From: a phage
Reading direction: 5' to 3' (one strand)
DNA: 64,000 nt
Sequence record: PZ476263.1
Positions within the stretch are counted from its first letter, which is position 1, and each line of letters begins with the position of its first letter. Below are positions 38,336 through 48,757 of this stretch, one piece after another. Both the position numbers and the translations under genes were made by a program. The notes beneath the pieces are model-generated. The model searched no databases and was not told the origin of the DNA. It worked only from the letters and a program-made list of their open reading frames with translations.

Positions 38336-38797
38336 GTGAAGAAAGTATCAACAATTGATTTTTCCGTCATGGACCACTATTACGACCAAATAACTGAATT
38401 GGAAGGCAAAGAAATAGAAGTAGGATTCTTTGACGAGCCTCACTATTCAGGTCTTAATATGGCAACTCTCGCCGCTATTCATGAAAACGGCTGGCACAAT
38501 CTCCCTGAACGTAATTTCATGCTTTCTACCGCTGTTCATTACAGGGGTGGACTCTATAAGAATCTTGCAAAACTTCATTCGGATATTCTCAAGCGTAAAC
38601 CTTATACTGTCGCTCTTAATAAGATCGGCAAGGATTATGCAGATAGTATCCGATTCACTATCGACCAAGGGACATTTACCAATAACCGAGTATCCTCGGA
38701 ATGGGCCAGTGTTAAGGGTTTCAGTGATGCAATGATTCACTACGGAGATCTTTACAGTTCAGCGAAGTTTAAGATTGTTGCACTAACGAAAGACTAA
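38336..38797 (+). CDS. head-tail joining / neck protein (putative)
   Basis: 153 aa, synteny. Confidence 0.3.
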   Translation: MKKVSTIDFSVMDHYYDQITELEGKEIEVGFFDEPHYSGLNMATLAAIHENGWHNLPERNFMLSTAVHYRGGLYKNLAKLHSDILKRKPYTVALNKIGKDYADSIRFTIDQGTFTNNRVSSEWASVKGFSDAMIHYGDLYSSAKFKIVALTKD

Positions 38798-38806
38798 GGG
38801 GGCTGA

Positions 38807-39247
38807 ATGTCTCGCGGATATGCATTGCTGAGGGGACGTAACCAGCTTATTCCTCGTATAGAGGTTGAAGGTCGTCGCCGTACATATAAAAAAGTAGATT
38901 TAGATGACCCGTTCGACAATGGTGGTGTGGAAATTGAATACACACCAATAACCGCTGTAGAATGTGTCATCCAACCAATCAGGGGTAAGGCTTTACGTGA
39001 TCAAAACAACCAGCTAACTGCTGCGGGTGAAGAAGATTACGATTCTTACACTGTTTATTCAGAAACTGTGCTTTATCGAGCACAGGAAGGTACGGATAAA
39101 TTATCTGATCAGTTATGGCTTCCTAACTCTGTTGGGGAGCATAGTTGGTTTACCGTTATGAAAGCTGACCCTTATCCGAGTTCAGGTACGATGCGTTATC
39201 GCTACTATCTGATTGCTGTTCCTGTAGGAACGGAGGGTGGATTATAA
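38807..39247 (+). CDS. head-tail joining / neck protein (putative)
   Basis: 146 aa, synteny. Confidence 0.3.
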   Translation: MSRGYALLRGRNQLIPRIEVEGRRRTYKKVDLDDPFDNGGVEIEYTPITAVECVIQPIRGKALRDQNNQLTAAGEEDYDSYTVYSETVLYRAQEGTDKLSDQLWLPNSVGEHSWFTVMKADPYPSSGTMRYRYYLIAVPVGTEGGL

Positions 39248-39897
39248 TGGATCAACTTCCTAATGAGTTTACCAACTCCGACGAGATTATGGGTAATCTT
39301 ACAAAGACCATCGGTCGTCTATTGAAAGACGTAACCACCTATCGTGTGGTTGAAGCTAATGAAACAATCCCTAAAGTTGAGGGACCTTTCATTCTCGTAG
39401 ATCTTACAGATTTGACCCCTCTCGATTGGGAAACAAATAGTATTGTTGAAGATGGTGTTACCCACACTGTTCACAACTACACCGCAACATATAACCTTAC
39501 GGCATATCGTGGAAAACCTCACTGGGCGTTAACTCGATTCCATCAAGCGTTAAGTTTGGCTTGGATAAGAGATAAATACTTTCCAGTTGGTTCTCCTTTT
39601 GCCTATTCGTCATCTTCATCTATTGCAAGATTAAGAATACCTCTTAATGAACAATATTATGAAAACAGGGCGAGACTGCTTGTTACATTTAACGTTACGT
39701 TCGTTGAAAGTGACTTCGGTCAGTTTGAGGACATTGAAACTATCATCATTAGCACAACGACTGACCCTGAGGGGATCGAGAACGATGCGGTTGTTGATAT
39801 CAATTTTCCACCTGGAGGTGATGTCCCTATGTTGCCACCACAACCTGAACACGAATTAACTTACATCGACACTATCGTCACTGTCAATGAAAAGTAA
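39247..39897 (+). CDS. tail completion / sheath terminator protein (putative)
   Basis: 216 aa, ATGA-type overlap with upstream gene; synteny. Confidence 0.3.
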   Translation: MDQLPNEFTNSDEIMGNLTKTIGRLLKDVTTYRVVEANETIPKVEGPFILVDLTDLTPLDWETNSIVEDGVTHTVHNYTATYNLTAYRGKPHWALTRFHQALSLAWIRDKYFPVGSPFAYSSSSSIARLRIPLNEQYYENRARLLVTFNVTFVESDFGQFEDIETIIISTTTDPEGIENDAVVDINFPPGGDVPMLPPQPEHELTYIDTIVTVNEK

Positions 39898-40007
39898 ATC
39901 CGGTTATTGATAGGCACTTGCTTATCAGTGACAAATGAGGGGCTTCGGCCCCTAATCAATTGGCACTTCCGTGCTAGTCAATAATCGTCTAGAAGCAGAG
40001 GATAAAC

Positions 40008-41423
40008 ATGGCTTATGAAGATAAGGTAGTTGACGTCGAGGTAACTCTTGGTACTCAGCCTATTGATACCGTAGGGTTCGAAACCCCGATGTTCTTAGCA
40101 GTTCATAATAACTTCCCAGAACGTGTACGTTTTTATGGATCATTGGAAAGTCTGGTAGGTGATGGTTTTGCAGTTGGTTCAGCTGCTTATCAGTTTGCCT
40201 CGAACGTATTTGCAGGTTCTTTTGCTGCAAGTCTGGTAGGTATCGGACGTATGTCTCTGGCAAGTTCTCGTGTAGATTTTACCGGAACAGTCAATGAAGA
40301 ACGCGTCGTTGTAAATATTACCATCAATGGTACTATTAAAGCAGTAACTATTTCGCTGCAAGTTGGAAACACCCCAGGTCAAGTTGCTACCGCTCTTGCA
40401 ACTGGTATTAATGATGATGTAGACCTCGCAGGTCGAGTTGTTGCTACTGTAGAAAACAGCACTGTTGTAGTGATCCAGTCTGCTGAGAAAGTTAGCATCG
40501 GGAAAGGTGAGGGCACTTATAAGATCGTAAACACCTCTGCTGAAACTGTTGCTACTGTATTGCCTCAGGTTCTGGCTGAAAACCACAACTGGTACTTCCT
40601 GTCCCATGAACAGCGTTCTGATGCAGATATCGTTGCTGCTGCCGAATTTGCTCAGGCAAACTACAAACTGCACGTTTATAACTCCAGCGATTCTGATGCA
40701 CTGGCGGCTGCTAACCAAAGCACCTCTGTCTTTGACACGCTGAAATCTTTGGGTTATAACTCCCTCGGGACCTACGACAAAGATGCAGATGTGGAATATA
40801 CCGAAGGTTCTGTAATCGGTGCAATGGCTGCAAACGATCCTTCTTACGGTGACTCTATCCACCTGAAGACAATGCCTGGTATGGCTCCTTCTACCATCTC
40901 TGAAACTCAGCGTATGAACGCATGGGGACGTAACGCAAACATTTATCGTGCAATGTACGGTACTAACAGCTATATCGAAGGTCGTACTTCCAGCGGTCAG
41001 TATGTTGACGTTATTCGCTTCTCCCACTGGCTGAAGTTCCGTATGGAAGAATCTGTATTTGGTTACATGAAGCGTCGTTCTGATCAAGGTCAGTCCATGA
41101 AGATGAGTGATGAAGATCTTCCGGTTCTGCGTTCTATCCTGTTTAACAACCCAATCAACATCGGTATTCGTAACGGTGGTATCTTGACGGGTTATGACAG
41201 TGTGAACCGTGTAAGCTACGATCCGATTATCACCATCCCACGTCGTGCTGAAATCCCGACTAACGATTTAGCTAACCGTATCCTGCGTGATGTTAAAGTT
41301 GAAGTAGTTTACAACAACTCTCTGCATTACGTCAAAATCCGCGCTGCTGTGGTTCTTGATCGTCCGGCAAATACGACTCAGAGCACCCAAGCTCCTTTCT
41401 CTAACTCTTCTGTAGGGGTGTAA
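40008..41423 (+). CDS. tail sheath protein (putative, P2 FI-like position)
   Basis: 471 aa gene followed by 160-aa tube-size gene, frameshifted chaperone pair and tape measure. Confidence 0.5.
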   Translation: MAYEDKVVDVEVTLGTQPIDTVGFETPMFLAVHNNFPERVRFYGSLESLVGDGFAVGSAAYQFASNVFAGSFAASLVGIGRMSLASSRVDFTGTVNEERVVVNITINGTIKAVTISLQVGNTPGQVATALATGINDDVDLAGRVVATVENSTVVVIQSAEKVSIGKGEGTYKIVNTSAETVATVLPQVLAENHNWYFLSHEQRSDADIVAAAEFAQANYKLHVYNSSDSDALAAANQSTSVFDTLKSLGYNSLGTYDKDADVEYTEGSVIGAMAANDPSYGDSIHLKTMPGMAPSTISETQRMNAWGRNANIYRAMYGTNSYIEGRTSSGQYVDVIRFSHWLKFRMEESVFGYMKRRSDQGQSMKMSDEDLPVLRSILFNNPINIGIRNGGILTGYDSVNRVSYDPIITIPRRAEIPTNDLANRILRDVKVEVVYNNSLHYVKIRAAVVLDRPANTTQSTQAPFSNSSVGV

Positions 41424-41426
41424 TAA

Positions 41427-41909
41427 ATGGCTTCGAATCCTAAGTTAATTAGTCTCCAGGCGTATGACCCAGCGAAAGTTCTGATCTTTATTGGTGGACA
41501 ACGTGTTTCTGGATTTGCTGCCGATACCAAGGTCGTAATTTCTCGTAACAACGACAACATCACTCCGCTGTCTGGTGTGGATGGGGAGATCAGTTCTGCA
41601 ATTGTTCGTGATAACTCTGGTGTCGTAACTATTTCTCTCCAGAACACTTCCGTTTGGAATGGTTATCTGGCACAATGGCAGTTGCAAGCTCGTGTCACCG
41701 GACTCGTGTACTTCCCAATCCAGATTGAAGGTTCTCAGGGTCTGTCTCTGAACACCTTTGGATGGGTACAACGTCAACCGGACTTGACATATGGCTCAGA
41801 AGTTGGTCAAATGGACTGGGAAATCGGTGTTGTCGATGCTCAACTGTCCGCTGATCAGATTCAGGGAGTTGCAGCTGGCATTACTGGTATTCTTGGTTTA
41901 GATCAGTAA
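41427..41909 (+). CDS. tail tube protein (putative, P2 FII-like position)
   Basis: 160 aa, immediately after sheath-size gene. Confidence 0.5.
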   Translation: MASNPKLISLQAYDPAKVLIFIGGQRVSGFAADTKVVISRNNDNITPLSGVDGEISSAIVRDNSGVVTISLQNTSVWNGYLAQWQLQARVTGLVYFPIQIEGSQGLSLNTFGWVQRQPDLTYGSEVGQMDWEIGVVDAQLSADQIQGVAAGITGILGLDQ

Positions 41910-41984
41910 TTACGTGAGCCTCAGGGATGAGGCCCTTATTCACGGTATGGAAAATATTAACTAAGTGGACACAGGAGTGTAAAC

Positions 41985-42458
41985 GTGCAAGGTTTTAAAA
42001 TTAAAAAGAGTACAGATATTATCCTTTGCGGTGGTAAACGATTCACTATTTATCATTGGTCACCTACTCAAGTGATCCGTAACATGCCTAAGATTGGTAA
42101 ACTTGTTGCTGTTCCTCTGGGAACTATGGCAGGCTCTGCAATCTCTGGTGGGCAAGATTTTCAAGACGCTGTACCAACAGCAATCCTTTACATTCTGGAT
42201 CGTATCGATGAAGGCGGTCTGGATATAATCAACCTTCTTTTAGATGGTGTTGAAGTAGATAGTATGGGTGGCCCAATCGATATCGATGAAGTGTTCGATG
42301 GTCACGTTGAAGATTTGTTTAAATTACTGGCTGAAATTATTCAAGTGAACTACGGCTGTTTTTTCGGGAAGAGCGGTTTCGGGACAATCGAAAATCTCCT
42401 TCAGAAATTTGGTCTGGTTCGGAAGGTGAACGAGCTGGATCAGACGGAAGAAGCCTGA
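41985..42458 (+). CDS. tail assembly chaperone (short form)
   Basis: 157 aa upstream of tape measure; contains slippery T_TTT_TTC near its 3' end. Confidence 0.5.
   Translation: MQGFKIKKSTDIILCGGKRFTIYHWSPTQVIRNMPKIGKLVAVPLGTMAGSAISGGQDFQDAVPTAILYILDRIDEGGLDIINLLLDGVEVDSMGGPIDIDEVFDGHVEDLFKLLAEIIQVNYGCFFGKSGFGTIENLLQKFGLVRKVNELDQTEEA
42359..42365 (+). other. candidate -1 programmed ribosomal frameshift site (T_TTT_TTC)
   Basis: heptamer in zero frame X_XXY_YYZ; -1 frame is open from here through 42727. Confidence 0.45.
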
Positions 42459-42484
42459 GGCCGCTTAGTACCGTAGAGAGGGCT

Positions 42485-42727
42485 TTGGACTACGCCAGAA
42501 GAAATTCCAGCTTGAAATGGTATGACTATCTTTATTTCCGTGTCATGGAACGCTTTAAGGGCGTTAATGAGTTATCTATCGAAAGTGGTGACATGGAGGA
42601 TCTTCTTAAAAAGAATGAATATCTTGATATTCAGGATTATCTGGAAGGTGCACAAGAGAAAGAGAAGGAATACGAGCGGCAACGTCAAGAACAAGAAGCC
42701 CTGTTAAAACGGAGAAGAGGTAAATAA
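42485..42727 (+). CDS. tail assembly chaperone frameshift extension (E+E'/GT-like) or independent small ORF
   Basis: -1 frame relative to upstream chaperone; no ATG start (TTG); continuous with the -1 frame back to the slippery site. Confidence 0.4.
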   Translation: MDYARRNSSLKWYDYLYFRVMERFKGVNELSIESGDMEDLLKKNEYLDIQDYLEGAQEKEKEYERQRQEQEALLKRRRGK

Positions 42728-42780
42728 AAAGGGCTGGGGTCGAGAGACTCCGGCCTTTATTTTTATTATGAGGAGTTAAA

Positions 42781-45213
42781 ATGGCTGTAGAAGTAATTGC
42801 TACAACAAAGAACCGTGTCATATTTGAAACTGACAAAGGGTCTTATAAAAAGGCTCGTGATGAGATAAAGAAACTCTCTAACGAGTGGAAGAAGGCATCT
42901 ACGGAAGCCACCACCACATCTAGAAACTCTCCATCTGAGGTTTACAAGAAGTCTGCAAGAGAGATGCGACTTGTAAGTAAAAGATTGGCGGAGACTAGAA
43001 AACGGGAAGAGAAGCGAGAATCGGATTACAGGATCGCACTTGCCAAAAAGGAAGCGAAAGCAAAAGAGGCGGTAGCCAAAATATCTGCTTCGAGAATAAA
43101 ACAGCAGGTAAAAAGCTTAACTGCTGCAAGCCCTGGTTCAGCAGAGATGAGAAGATTCTACCAGCAGCAAGAAAAGGCTGCAAGAGCTGCATCGCGTTCT
43201 GCAAATAGGGCTGCTACGCCATTGCCACCTTTTAATGTTCAACGTGTGGAAGCTGCAAACCAGTTACTTTCCCGTGGACAACAACAGGCAGGTTCTGGTA
43301 TTGTTGGAGATCCAAATAGTCGTTTCCGCCCTGAACTGATTGCTGCACAGAACCGAGCTATGCAACAAAGTTCTCGTAATCAGGAAAAGTTACGTAAACA
43401 GCAAACAAGGGAAGAAGAAAGGCAGAAGATCAATGCTGCAAGGGCTGCTGCAAGGGTAGATGATGTTTCTGCACAACAGCGTATTCGATTAAGTTCTAAA
43501 TATGGAAGAGGCTACGCAGGTGCTTTGGGTAAAGATTCCGAAGGAAGGGGGATTGAGGATCTTAACAGACAATTCCGCGCTGGGACATTAACATCGGGTC
43601 AATACAGACAGAGCATCCAAGCATTAGAAAGACAGTTTAGAAGTGCCCAAGCAAGTGCAGGATCGTTTTCCTCTACTTTGGGGGATATTCGTTCTGGTCT
43701 TGTAAGTGCAACAGCAGCATATAGCGTATTCGCCGCAGGTGCTTCTGTTACTAGACAAGGACAATTCTTTGAAGGTATAAACGCCACCAGTTTACTTATT
43801 TCTGACTCTGCGGAAGAAGCAGGTCAAAGGGTTAAATTTGTAAGAGAAGAAGCTTATCGTTTAGGTCTTAACTTAAAAGAGGCATCTCAAGGCTTCACTC
43901 AGTTAGCGATTTCTGCCGAAGGTCAGATTTCAAAATCTGAAACCAATGAATTGTTCAGTGCATTCTCCGAATACTCAACGGCCTTGCAGGTTGATCCTGT
44001 TAGATATCAACGTGGTATTACAGCTATCCAACAGATCCTTGGTAAAGGCCAGGTAATGGCTGAAGAACTTAAAGGTCAGTTGTCGGAAGCGATACCTGGT
44101 TCTCTTCAGGTATTCTTAAAAGCAACTCAAGAGGCTTTTAATGATTCCTCTATAGATGTTGCTAAATTCCTGAAGTTAATGGAAGATGGTGAATTAAAAG
44201 CTTCTAAAATTATACCTCTTGTTGGTAAATATTATGCTGAGGCTGCTAGAAGGGGCGGTGCTCTTGATAAAGCTCTTGAAAGCAACCGAGTAGCTTATCA
44301 ACGTCTAAACCAGACTTTTGCAGAGTTCCAGAACAGAATATTCCAGGGTGGATTTGGAGAACAATTAACCCGAGTTTTCAACAATTTAGCCACTATTTTG
44401 TCAAGTAACGGTAATGTTGCAACAACTATCGGAAGATTCTTTGGTAATGTAATCGAAGGTTTTACCGACATGGTTCTCGAAGTCCATGACAACCTGGTTC
44501 TTCTTGATCGTGTCGTTACTTACTACTTCAAGAAGATTGGTGTAGAAGGTGATACCTTGAGACAGGTTTTCGACTGGGGTTCTTATCTACTCGGTATCGG
44601 CCTGTTTATCGGGGGTCTGACTAAGGTGTTTAACATCTTAGCGAAGATCGCAGGATTGAAAGGGGCCTTAAAAGAAATCCGTGGAACTCTCGGTGGTGAC
44701 CTTGCTACTGGTGGGAAAACCGGAACAGGTGCTAACACAACGGCTTCCGGCGGCGCAGGTACTGGTGGTACTACAGGAAAAACCAGTGTCGCAGGTAGAT
44801 TCAGCCAGTTGGGCAAACTCGGTAAGTTATTTGGCCTTGGTACGCTTTATTCCGCAGGATCAGAGATTAATGACCGCTTTATTCAGAGTGGTGAAAATCG
44901 TCTTGCAAATGCTGGGGTTGATACAGAAGCTTTCAAAAACACCTATGGCGTGACTCCGCAACCTGTAGGGCTTACGGATGTATTCAGAGAACTATTTGGC
45001 GGTTCTAAGAATATCACTGTAGATACTAATGCGATAAGCACCCCATCGGGAATAAGACCTTCTGGATTCCCTCTGACCGCTCCGCAAGAGCCACCTGAAG
45101 GTAAGATCACTGTTGAGATTAAGGCTGGCGAAATTCGTCAGTACATCAAAGCAGTTGTTGATGAAGAAAATAGATTCAATATCAACTTACTTACTCAGGG
45201 CGGTAACCAATAA
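42781..45213 (+). CDS. tail tape measure protein
   Basis: 810 aa, Ala/Gln/Arg-rich helical N-terminal half, Gly-rich hydrophobic segment, position after chaperones. Confidence 0.6.
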   Translation: MAVEVIATTKNRVIFETDKGSYKKARDEIKKLSNEWKKASTEATTTSRNSPSEVYKKSAREMRLVSKRLAETRKREEKRESDYRIALAKKEAKAKEAVAKISASRIKQQVKSLTAASPGSAEMRRFYQQQEKAARAASRSANRAATPLPPFNVQRVEAANQLLSRGQQQAGSGIVGDPNSRFRPELIAAQNRAMQQSSRNQEKLRKQQTREEERQKINAARAAARVDDVSAQQRIRLSSKYGRGYAGALGKDSEGRGIEDLNRQFRAGTLTSGQYRQSIQALERQFRSAQASAGSFSSTLGDIRSGLVSATAAYSVFAAGASVTRQGQFFEGINATSLLISDSAEEAGQRVKFVREEAYRLGLNLKEASQGFTQLAISAEGQISKSETNELFSAFSEYSTALQVDPVRYQRGITAIQQILGKGQVMAEELKGQLSEAIPGSLQVFLKATQEAFNDSSIDVAKFLKLMEDGELKASKIIPLVGKYYAEAARRGGALDKALESNRVAYQRLNQTFAEFQNRIFQGGFGEQLTRVFNNLATILSSNGNVATTIGRFFGNVIEGFTDMVLEVHDNLVLLDRVVTYYFKKIGVEGDTLRQVFDWGSYLLGIGLFIGGLTKVFNILAKIAGLKGALKEIRGTLGGDLATGGKTGTGANTTASGGAGTGGTTGKTSVAGRFSQLGKLGKLFGLGTLYSAGSEINDRFIQSGENRLANAGVDTEAFKNTYGVTPQPVGLTDVFRELFGGSKNITVDTNAISTPSGIRPSGFPLTAPQEPPEGKITVEIKAGEIRQYIKAVVDEENRFNINLLTQGGNQ

Positions 45214-45217
45214 TTCA

Positions 45218-45241
45218 AGAGGGCTTCGGCCCTCTTTTTTA
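45218..45241 (+). terminator. intrinsic terminator (UUCG tetraloop)
   Basis: AGAGGGC-ttcg-GCCCTCT followed by TTTTTTA. Confidence 0.65.
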
Positions 45242-45255
45242 TTGCTCGTATTCGT

Positions 45256-45264
45256 GTTAAAATA
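45256..45264 (+). promoter_or_regulatory. late-type promoter element GTTAAAATA
   Basis: cgTGTTAAAATActg 18 nt upstream of ATG at 45282. Confidence 0.4.
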
Positions 45265-45281
45265 CTGAAAGGAGGAAACTT

Positions 45282-46157
45282 ATGGCTACTGATTTAAAAC
45301 CTGGTACGTATCAAATGGGGACATTCTCCCCTCAGCAAATTGAAGCGATAGATAAAGCTTATCGCGAAACTCAGGCCGAAGAGGCAAGACAGAAGCAAAC
45401 TGTTGATAATGCCAAACTAAGGGGTGATGTACAGTATACTCTTTTCGCTTCGGGATTGAATACCGGAAGAGCTTCTTTGCTCGAAGGTAAAAATCAGACA
45501 AACGACATTGCAGTTTTGTTTGACGTTGTGACGAGACACACCTATACAAAGGATTATAACAAAACCAGTTATGCAGTTGAGTCAAAGGCGAAAGCTTCTG
45601 ATCATGTTGTAACTCAAGACGGTAAGTTTAGCTTCTCTGCAATCATAACTGATTCTCCTCTTGTCATCAATGAGAGAAACTATATTGATGCGGATACGGA
45701 CAAAGATGCTCCTCTCCAATCCAAGCGTCCAGCAAAGGCTGTTGAAATTCTCCGTCAGATGGCAGACAATCATCAATTGGTAACTCTGGTAACGGAAGAA
45801 GACATTCTCACAAACTATGTGATAACAAACTTTACTGTTGTTCGTGAGACTGGTCAAGGGGGCAGTGTTGCAATAGATATGAGCTTAGAAGAATTCCGCT
45901 TCAAGAATATATCTAAAACAGTCCTCGGAAGAACAACCGCAGATCCTAAGAAAGCGAAGAACGTTAACTCTGGTACGAAGCAGACTGCTGAAAACGGTGC
46001 TGTATCTGATAACGCACAAGGAAAGAGACAAACACCTTACCTCGGTAAGAATGCCGCTGCAAAGGAACGTATAGAGAATGCCTTGACGGGAACTACAGAT
46101 TTCTCTGGAGAAGCAGGCAAGAAATATGAATTCGATCCTTCATCTCTGAAGAGGTAA
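45282..46157 (+). CDS. tail protein (P2 gpU-like position), putative
   Basis: 291 aa after tape measure. Confidence 0.3.
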   Translation: MATDLKPGTYQMGTFSPQQIEAIDKAYRETQAEEARQKQTVDNAKLRGDVQYTLFASGLNTGRASLLEGKNQTNDIAVLFDVVTRHTYTKDYNKTSYAVESKAKASDHVVTQDGKFSFSAIITDSPLVINERNYIDADTDKDAPLQSKRPAKAVEILRQMADNHQLVTLVTEEDILTNYVITNFTVVRETGQGGSVAIDMSLEEFRFKNISKTVLGRTTADPKKAKNVNSGTKQTAENGAVSDNAQGKRQTPYLGKNAAAKERIENALTGTTDFSGEAGKKYEFDPSSLKR

Positions 46158-46159
46158 AA

Positions 46160-46528
46160 ATGATTGACTTAGATAAGAAATACGTTAGAACTTTCGATTT
46201 TGAATTGAGTGGTTACCCTGACGAAACATTCCGTGTGGTATTGGACTCTGTAACATATGAAGTGAGATTTACTTGGAATGAAAGGGATGAATCTTGGTTC
46301 TTCTCTCTTGGAGATATCGGTGTCCCACCGACAATAACAACTAAACTCACATGTTATTCCGATATCATAGGCCCTTATCGTTATTTAGATAATGTGCCTG
46401 ATGGTAACCTTTACCTCTTTCCACTGAGAAACATTGAAACTCGTGTGGGAAGGTATAATGTTGGCCCACTTGCGGGTGTTCAAATGATCTATGCCTCGCA
46501 AGAAGAAGATGTGGAGACTATATTCTAA
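46160..46528 (+). CDS. tail/baseplate protein, putative
   Basis: 122 aa, synteny. Confidence 0.3.
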   Translation: MIDLDKKYVRTFDFELSGYPDETFRVVLDSVTYEVRFTWNERDESWFFSLGDIGVPPTITTKLTCYSDIIGPYRYLDNVPDGNLYLFPLRNIETRVGRYNVGPLAGVQMIYASQEEDVETIF

Positions 46529-47484
46529 TGAGAGCATTGGAAAGGACATATACTTTAGTTATCGGAAGACCTGTTTACATTGGTGAAAAGCCCGTCAATA
46601 TCGAGAGATATGCGAGTAACACTAACCAAGGTGAGGCATACAAGATTACAGATCTTCATATGACCTTTGAGTTGAAAAAAGATAACTCGAAGGAACCGAA
46701 TAAGGGATTTGTTAGTGTATTCAACCTTTCCGATGAAGTAGTTAACTACCTGTCTATCAACCAAAGAGAATCCTTGGCGGTTCTCTTATACGCAGGCTAC
46801 AATGGGGATGAGAAATTAATATTCTCGGGAACTATTGAATGGGTTCAAGATACCTTCAAAGACGAGACACGAGAAACAAAATTCATATTTGGAGATGGAA
46901 CTTTAAATTTAACTACTGCAACAACTGCCCGTTCTTATCGTAAAGGTACACCGACAAATCAGGTATTAAATGATCTTATTTCAGACCTGAAATTACCAAA
47001 AGGTAGAGTGGTAGATTTCGGTAATCAAACTATTCAAAACTCTATGGCTTTTACAGGATCTGCGTCTCAAAATCTTGATAACCTGGCAAAGAATACCGGA
47101 TCTACTTTCTCTGTTCAAGATGGGGCTGTGTACTGGACGAAAGAAGGCTCTCGATTCGCTAATGTAATGTTTGAAATATCTGAAGACGGTGGAATGGTTG
47201 GTGTCCCAACATTAAAACAGCCTGCGGTTTCTAAAAAGAAGAAGAAAAAGGATACTAAAGAGTCCGCGAAGACAAAAGAGAAGAATGTTAAAGAGGATGT
47301 TGGTCTTACGGTAACCACATTACTTAACGGTGCAATTCTTCCTGAGTCAACTGTGTACTTAAATACAAAGTACATAAAAGGATTTTATAAGGTGATTGAG
47401 TTAACCCATCGCGGAGGTTATGAGGGCGGCGACTGGACAACTGAATTAGGATTGGCAGAAACACGAGGGGAGTTGATAAGATAA
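46528..47484 (+). CDS. baseplate hub protein (P2 gpD-like position), putative
   Basis: 318 aa; contains internal poly-Lys tract KKKKKKDTKESAKTKEK. Confidence 0.3.
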   Translation: MRALERTYTLVIGRPVYIGEKPVNIERYASNTNQGEAYKITDLHMTFELKKDNSKEPNKGFVSVFNLSDEVVNYLSINQRESLAVLLYAGYNGDEKLIFSGTIEWVQDTFKDETRETKFIFGDGTLNLTTATTARSYRKGTPTNQVLNDLISDLKLPKGRVVDFGNQTIQNSMAFTGSASQNLDNLAKNTGSTFSVQDGAVYWTKEGSRFANVMFEISEDGGMVGVPTLKQPAVSKKKKKKDTKESAKTKEKNVKEDVGLTVTTLLNGAILPESTVYLNTKYIKGFYKVIELTHRGGYEGGDWTTELGLAETRGELIR

Positions 47485-47487
47485 ATT

Positions 47488-48228
47488 ATGGCTTATGTAG
47501 ATCGCTACGATGCTGCACTTTCTGTATTCTTTTCCAGACATATGAGAAACGTGCATACAAATATCCGAGGGAGAGTTGTAGGCGTTAACTATGCAGTACC
47601 TTCCGTAGATGTTCAACCTATGGCACAAACTCAATTTGAGAATGGTACTGTGGATAAATTCCCTGTTCTTTATGATGTGCCTATAAACTTTCCTTCAGGT
47701 GCGGGTGGAAAGGCAAGATTGACTATGCCGATCAAAGTGGGGGATATGGTCGGCGTATCTTTTTCAGAAAGAAATGAATCAGATTTTAATGATGTTACCA
47801 CCCATCAATTATTCCCAGGGTGGGCAGTCACCCAAATATTTACAGACGGAAACTCTAAGGCTTCTCACCCAGACAACGTTGTGCTTGAAAATGATAAAGG
47901 ATCATTAACTTTCACGCCCGAGGGTAAAACAACATTGAAAAACGATGTTGCTACTTTTGACGTTTCTGAAACAGGTAAGCTTAACTATACAAATGGTCCC
48001 GCCAATCTTGAAATAGACGAATCGGGAAAAATGACATTCAGCAATGGGTCTGCGAACATAATAGCAAACCCTGGTGGATTGGTAACTGTAAACGGTTGTC
48101 AAATAACCCCTTCGGGGAACGTGATAACTGCATCCGGTATTGACTTAGAGCAATTCTACAGCGAATACAGAATCCATAAACACGGTGGTGTCGAAAGAGG
48201 TGGTGATATTAGTGGAGAACCAGTATAA
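47488..48228 (+). CDS. baseplate spike protein (gpV-like), putative
   Basis: 246 aa; C-terminal repetitive Asn/Gly/Thr-rich segment (ANLEIDESGKMTFSNGSANIIANPGG); first in V-W-J-I-H-G-like series. Confidence 0.35.
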   Translation: MAYVDRYDAALSVFFSRHMRNVHTNIRGRVVGVNYAVPSVDVQPMAQTQFENGTVDKFPVLYDVPINFPSGAGGKARLTMPIKVGDMVGVSFSERNESDFNDVTTHQLFPGWAVTQIFTDGNSKASHPDNVVLENDKGSLTFTPEGKTTLKNDVATFDVSETGKLNYTNGPANLEIDESGKMTFSNGSANIIANPGGLVTVNGCQITPSGNVITASGIDLEQFYSEYRIHKHGGVERGGDISGEPV

Positions 48229-48752
48229 TGGCAACAGTATTTAAAGATTTTCTTTTAAATCCGACAACTGGGGATCTTGATTTTAGTTCTCGAACCCTTG
48301 AGGTTGTCACATCTAACCAGATGAGCTTAAGACAAAGGCTTTATATCCGTTTTGGTATCTGGCAAGGAACTTGGTATTTCGATGAAGGTATTGGATTTCC
48401 TTACGGAATGTTTATCGCTAAGAAAACCTCTAAAACAGTTCTGGACAACAGGATAAAACAAGAAGTAAGACAAGAGCCAGATGTTATCGCAATAGAAGGC
48501 TTTACTTCTTCAATTGACGTGACTAGCAGAAGTTACAAATGCTTTTTTACGGTTGTTACTTCAGAAGGGGAAGAAATAAACTTTGCATTCTTAGGGGAGG
48601 ATGCTTTCGAATACCCTACCCCGCCAGAAGGTAACGTTGAATTGTGTGGTGATGTTGGTTCATTAATCGAATTTAAGAACAAGCTTTACTATCTTATCAA
48701 CTTCAGATTACCTAAATATGGTGATTCCACTTGGGTAAATAACTGGAAATAA
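48228..48752 (+). CDS. baseplate wedge protein (gpW/gp25-like position), putative
   Basis: 174 aa; ATGG overlap with spike gene. Confidence 0.3.
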   Translation: MATVFKDFLLNPTTGDLDFSSRTLEVVTSNQMSLRQRLYIRFGIWQGTWYFDEGIGFPYGMFIAKKTSKTVLDNRIKQEVRQEPDVIAIEGFTSSIDVTSRSYKCFFTVVTSEGEEINFAFLGEDAFEYPTPPEGNVELCGDVGSLIEFKNKLYYLINFRLPKYGDSTWVNNWK

Positions 48753-48757
48753 CACAA

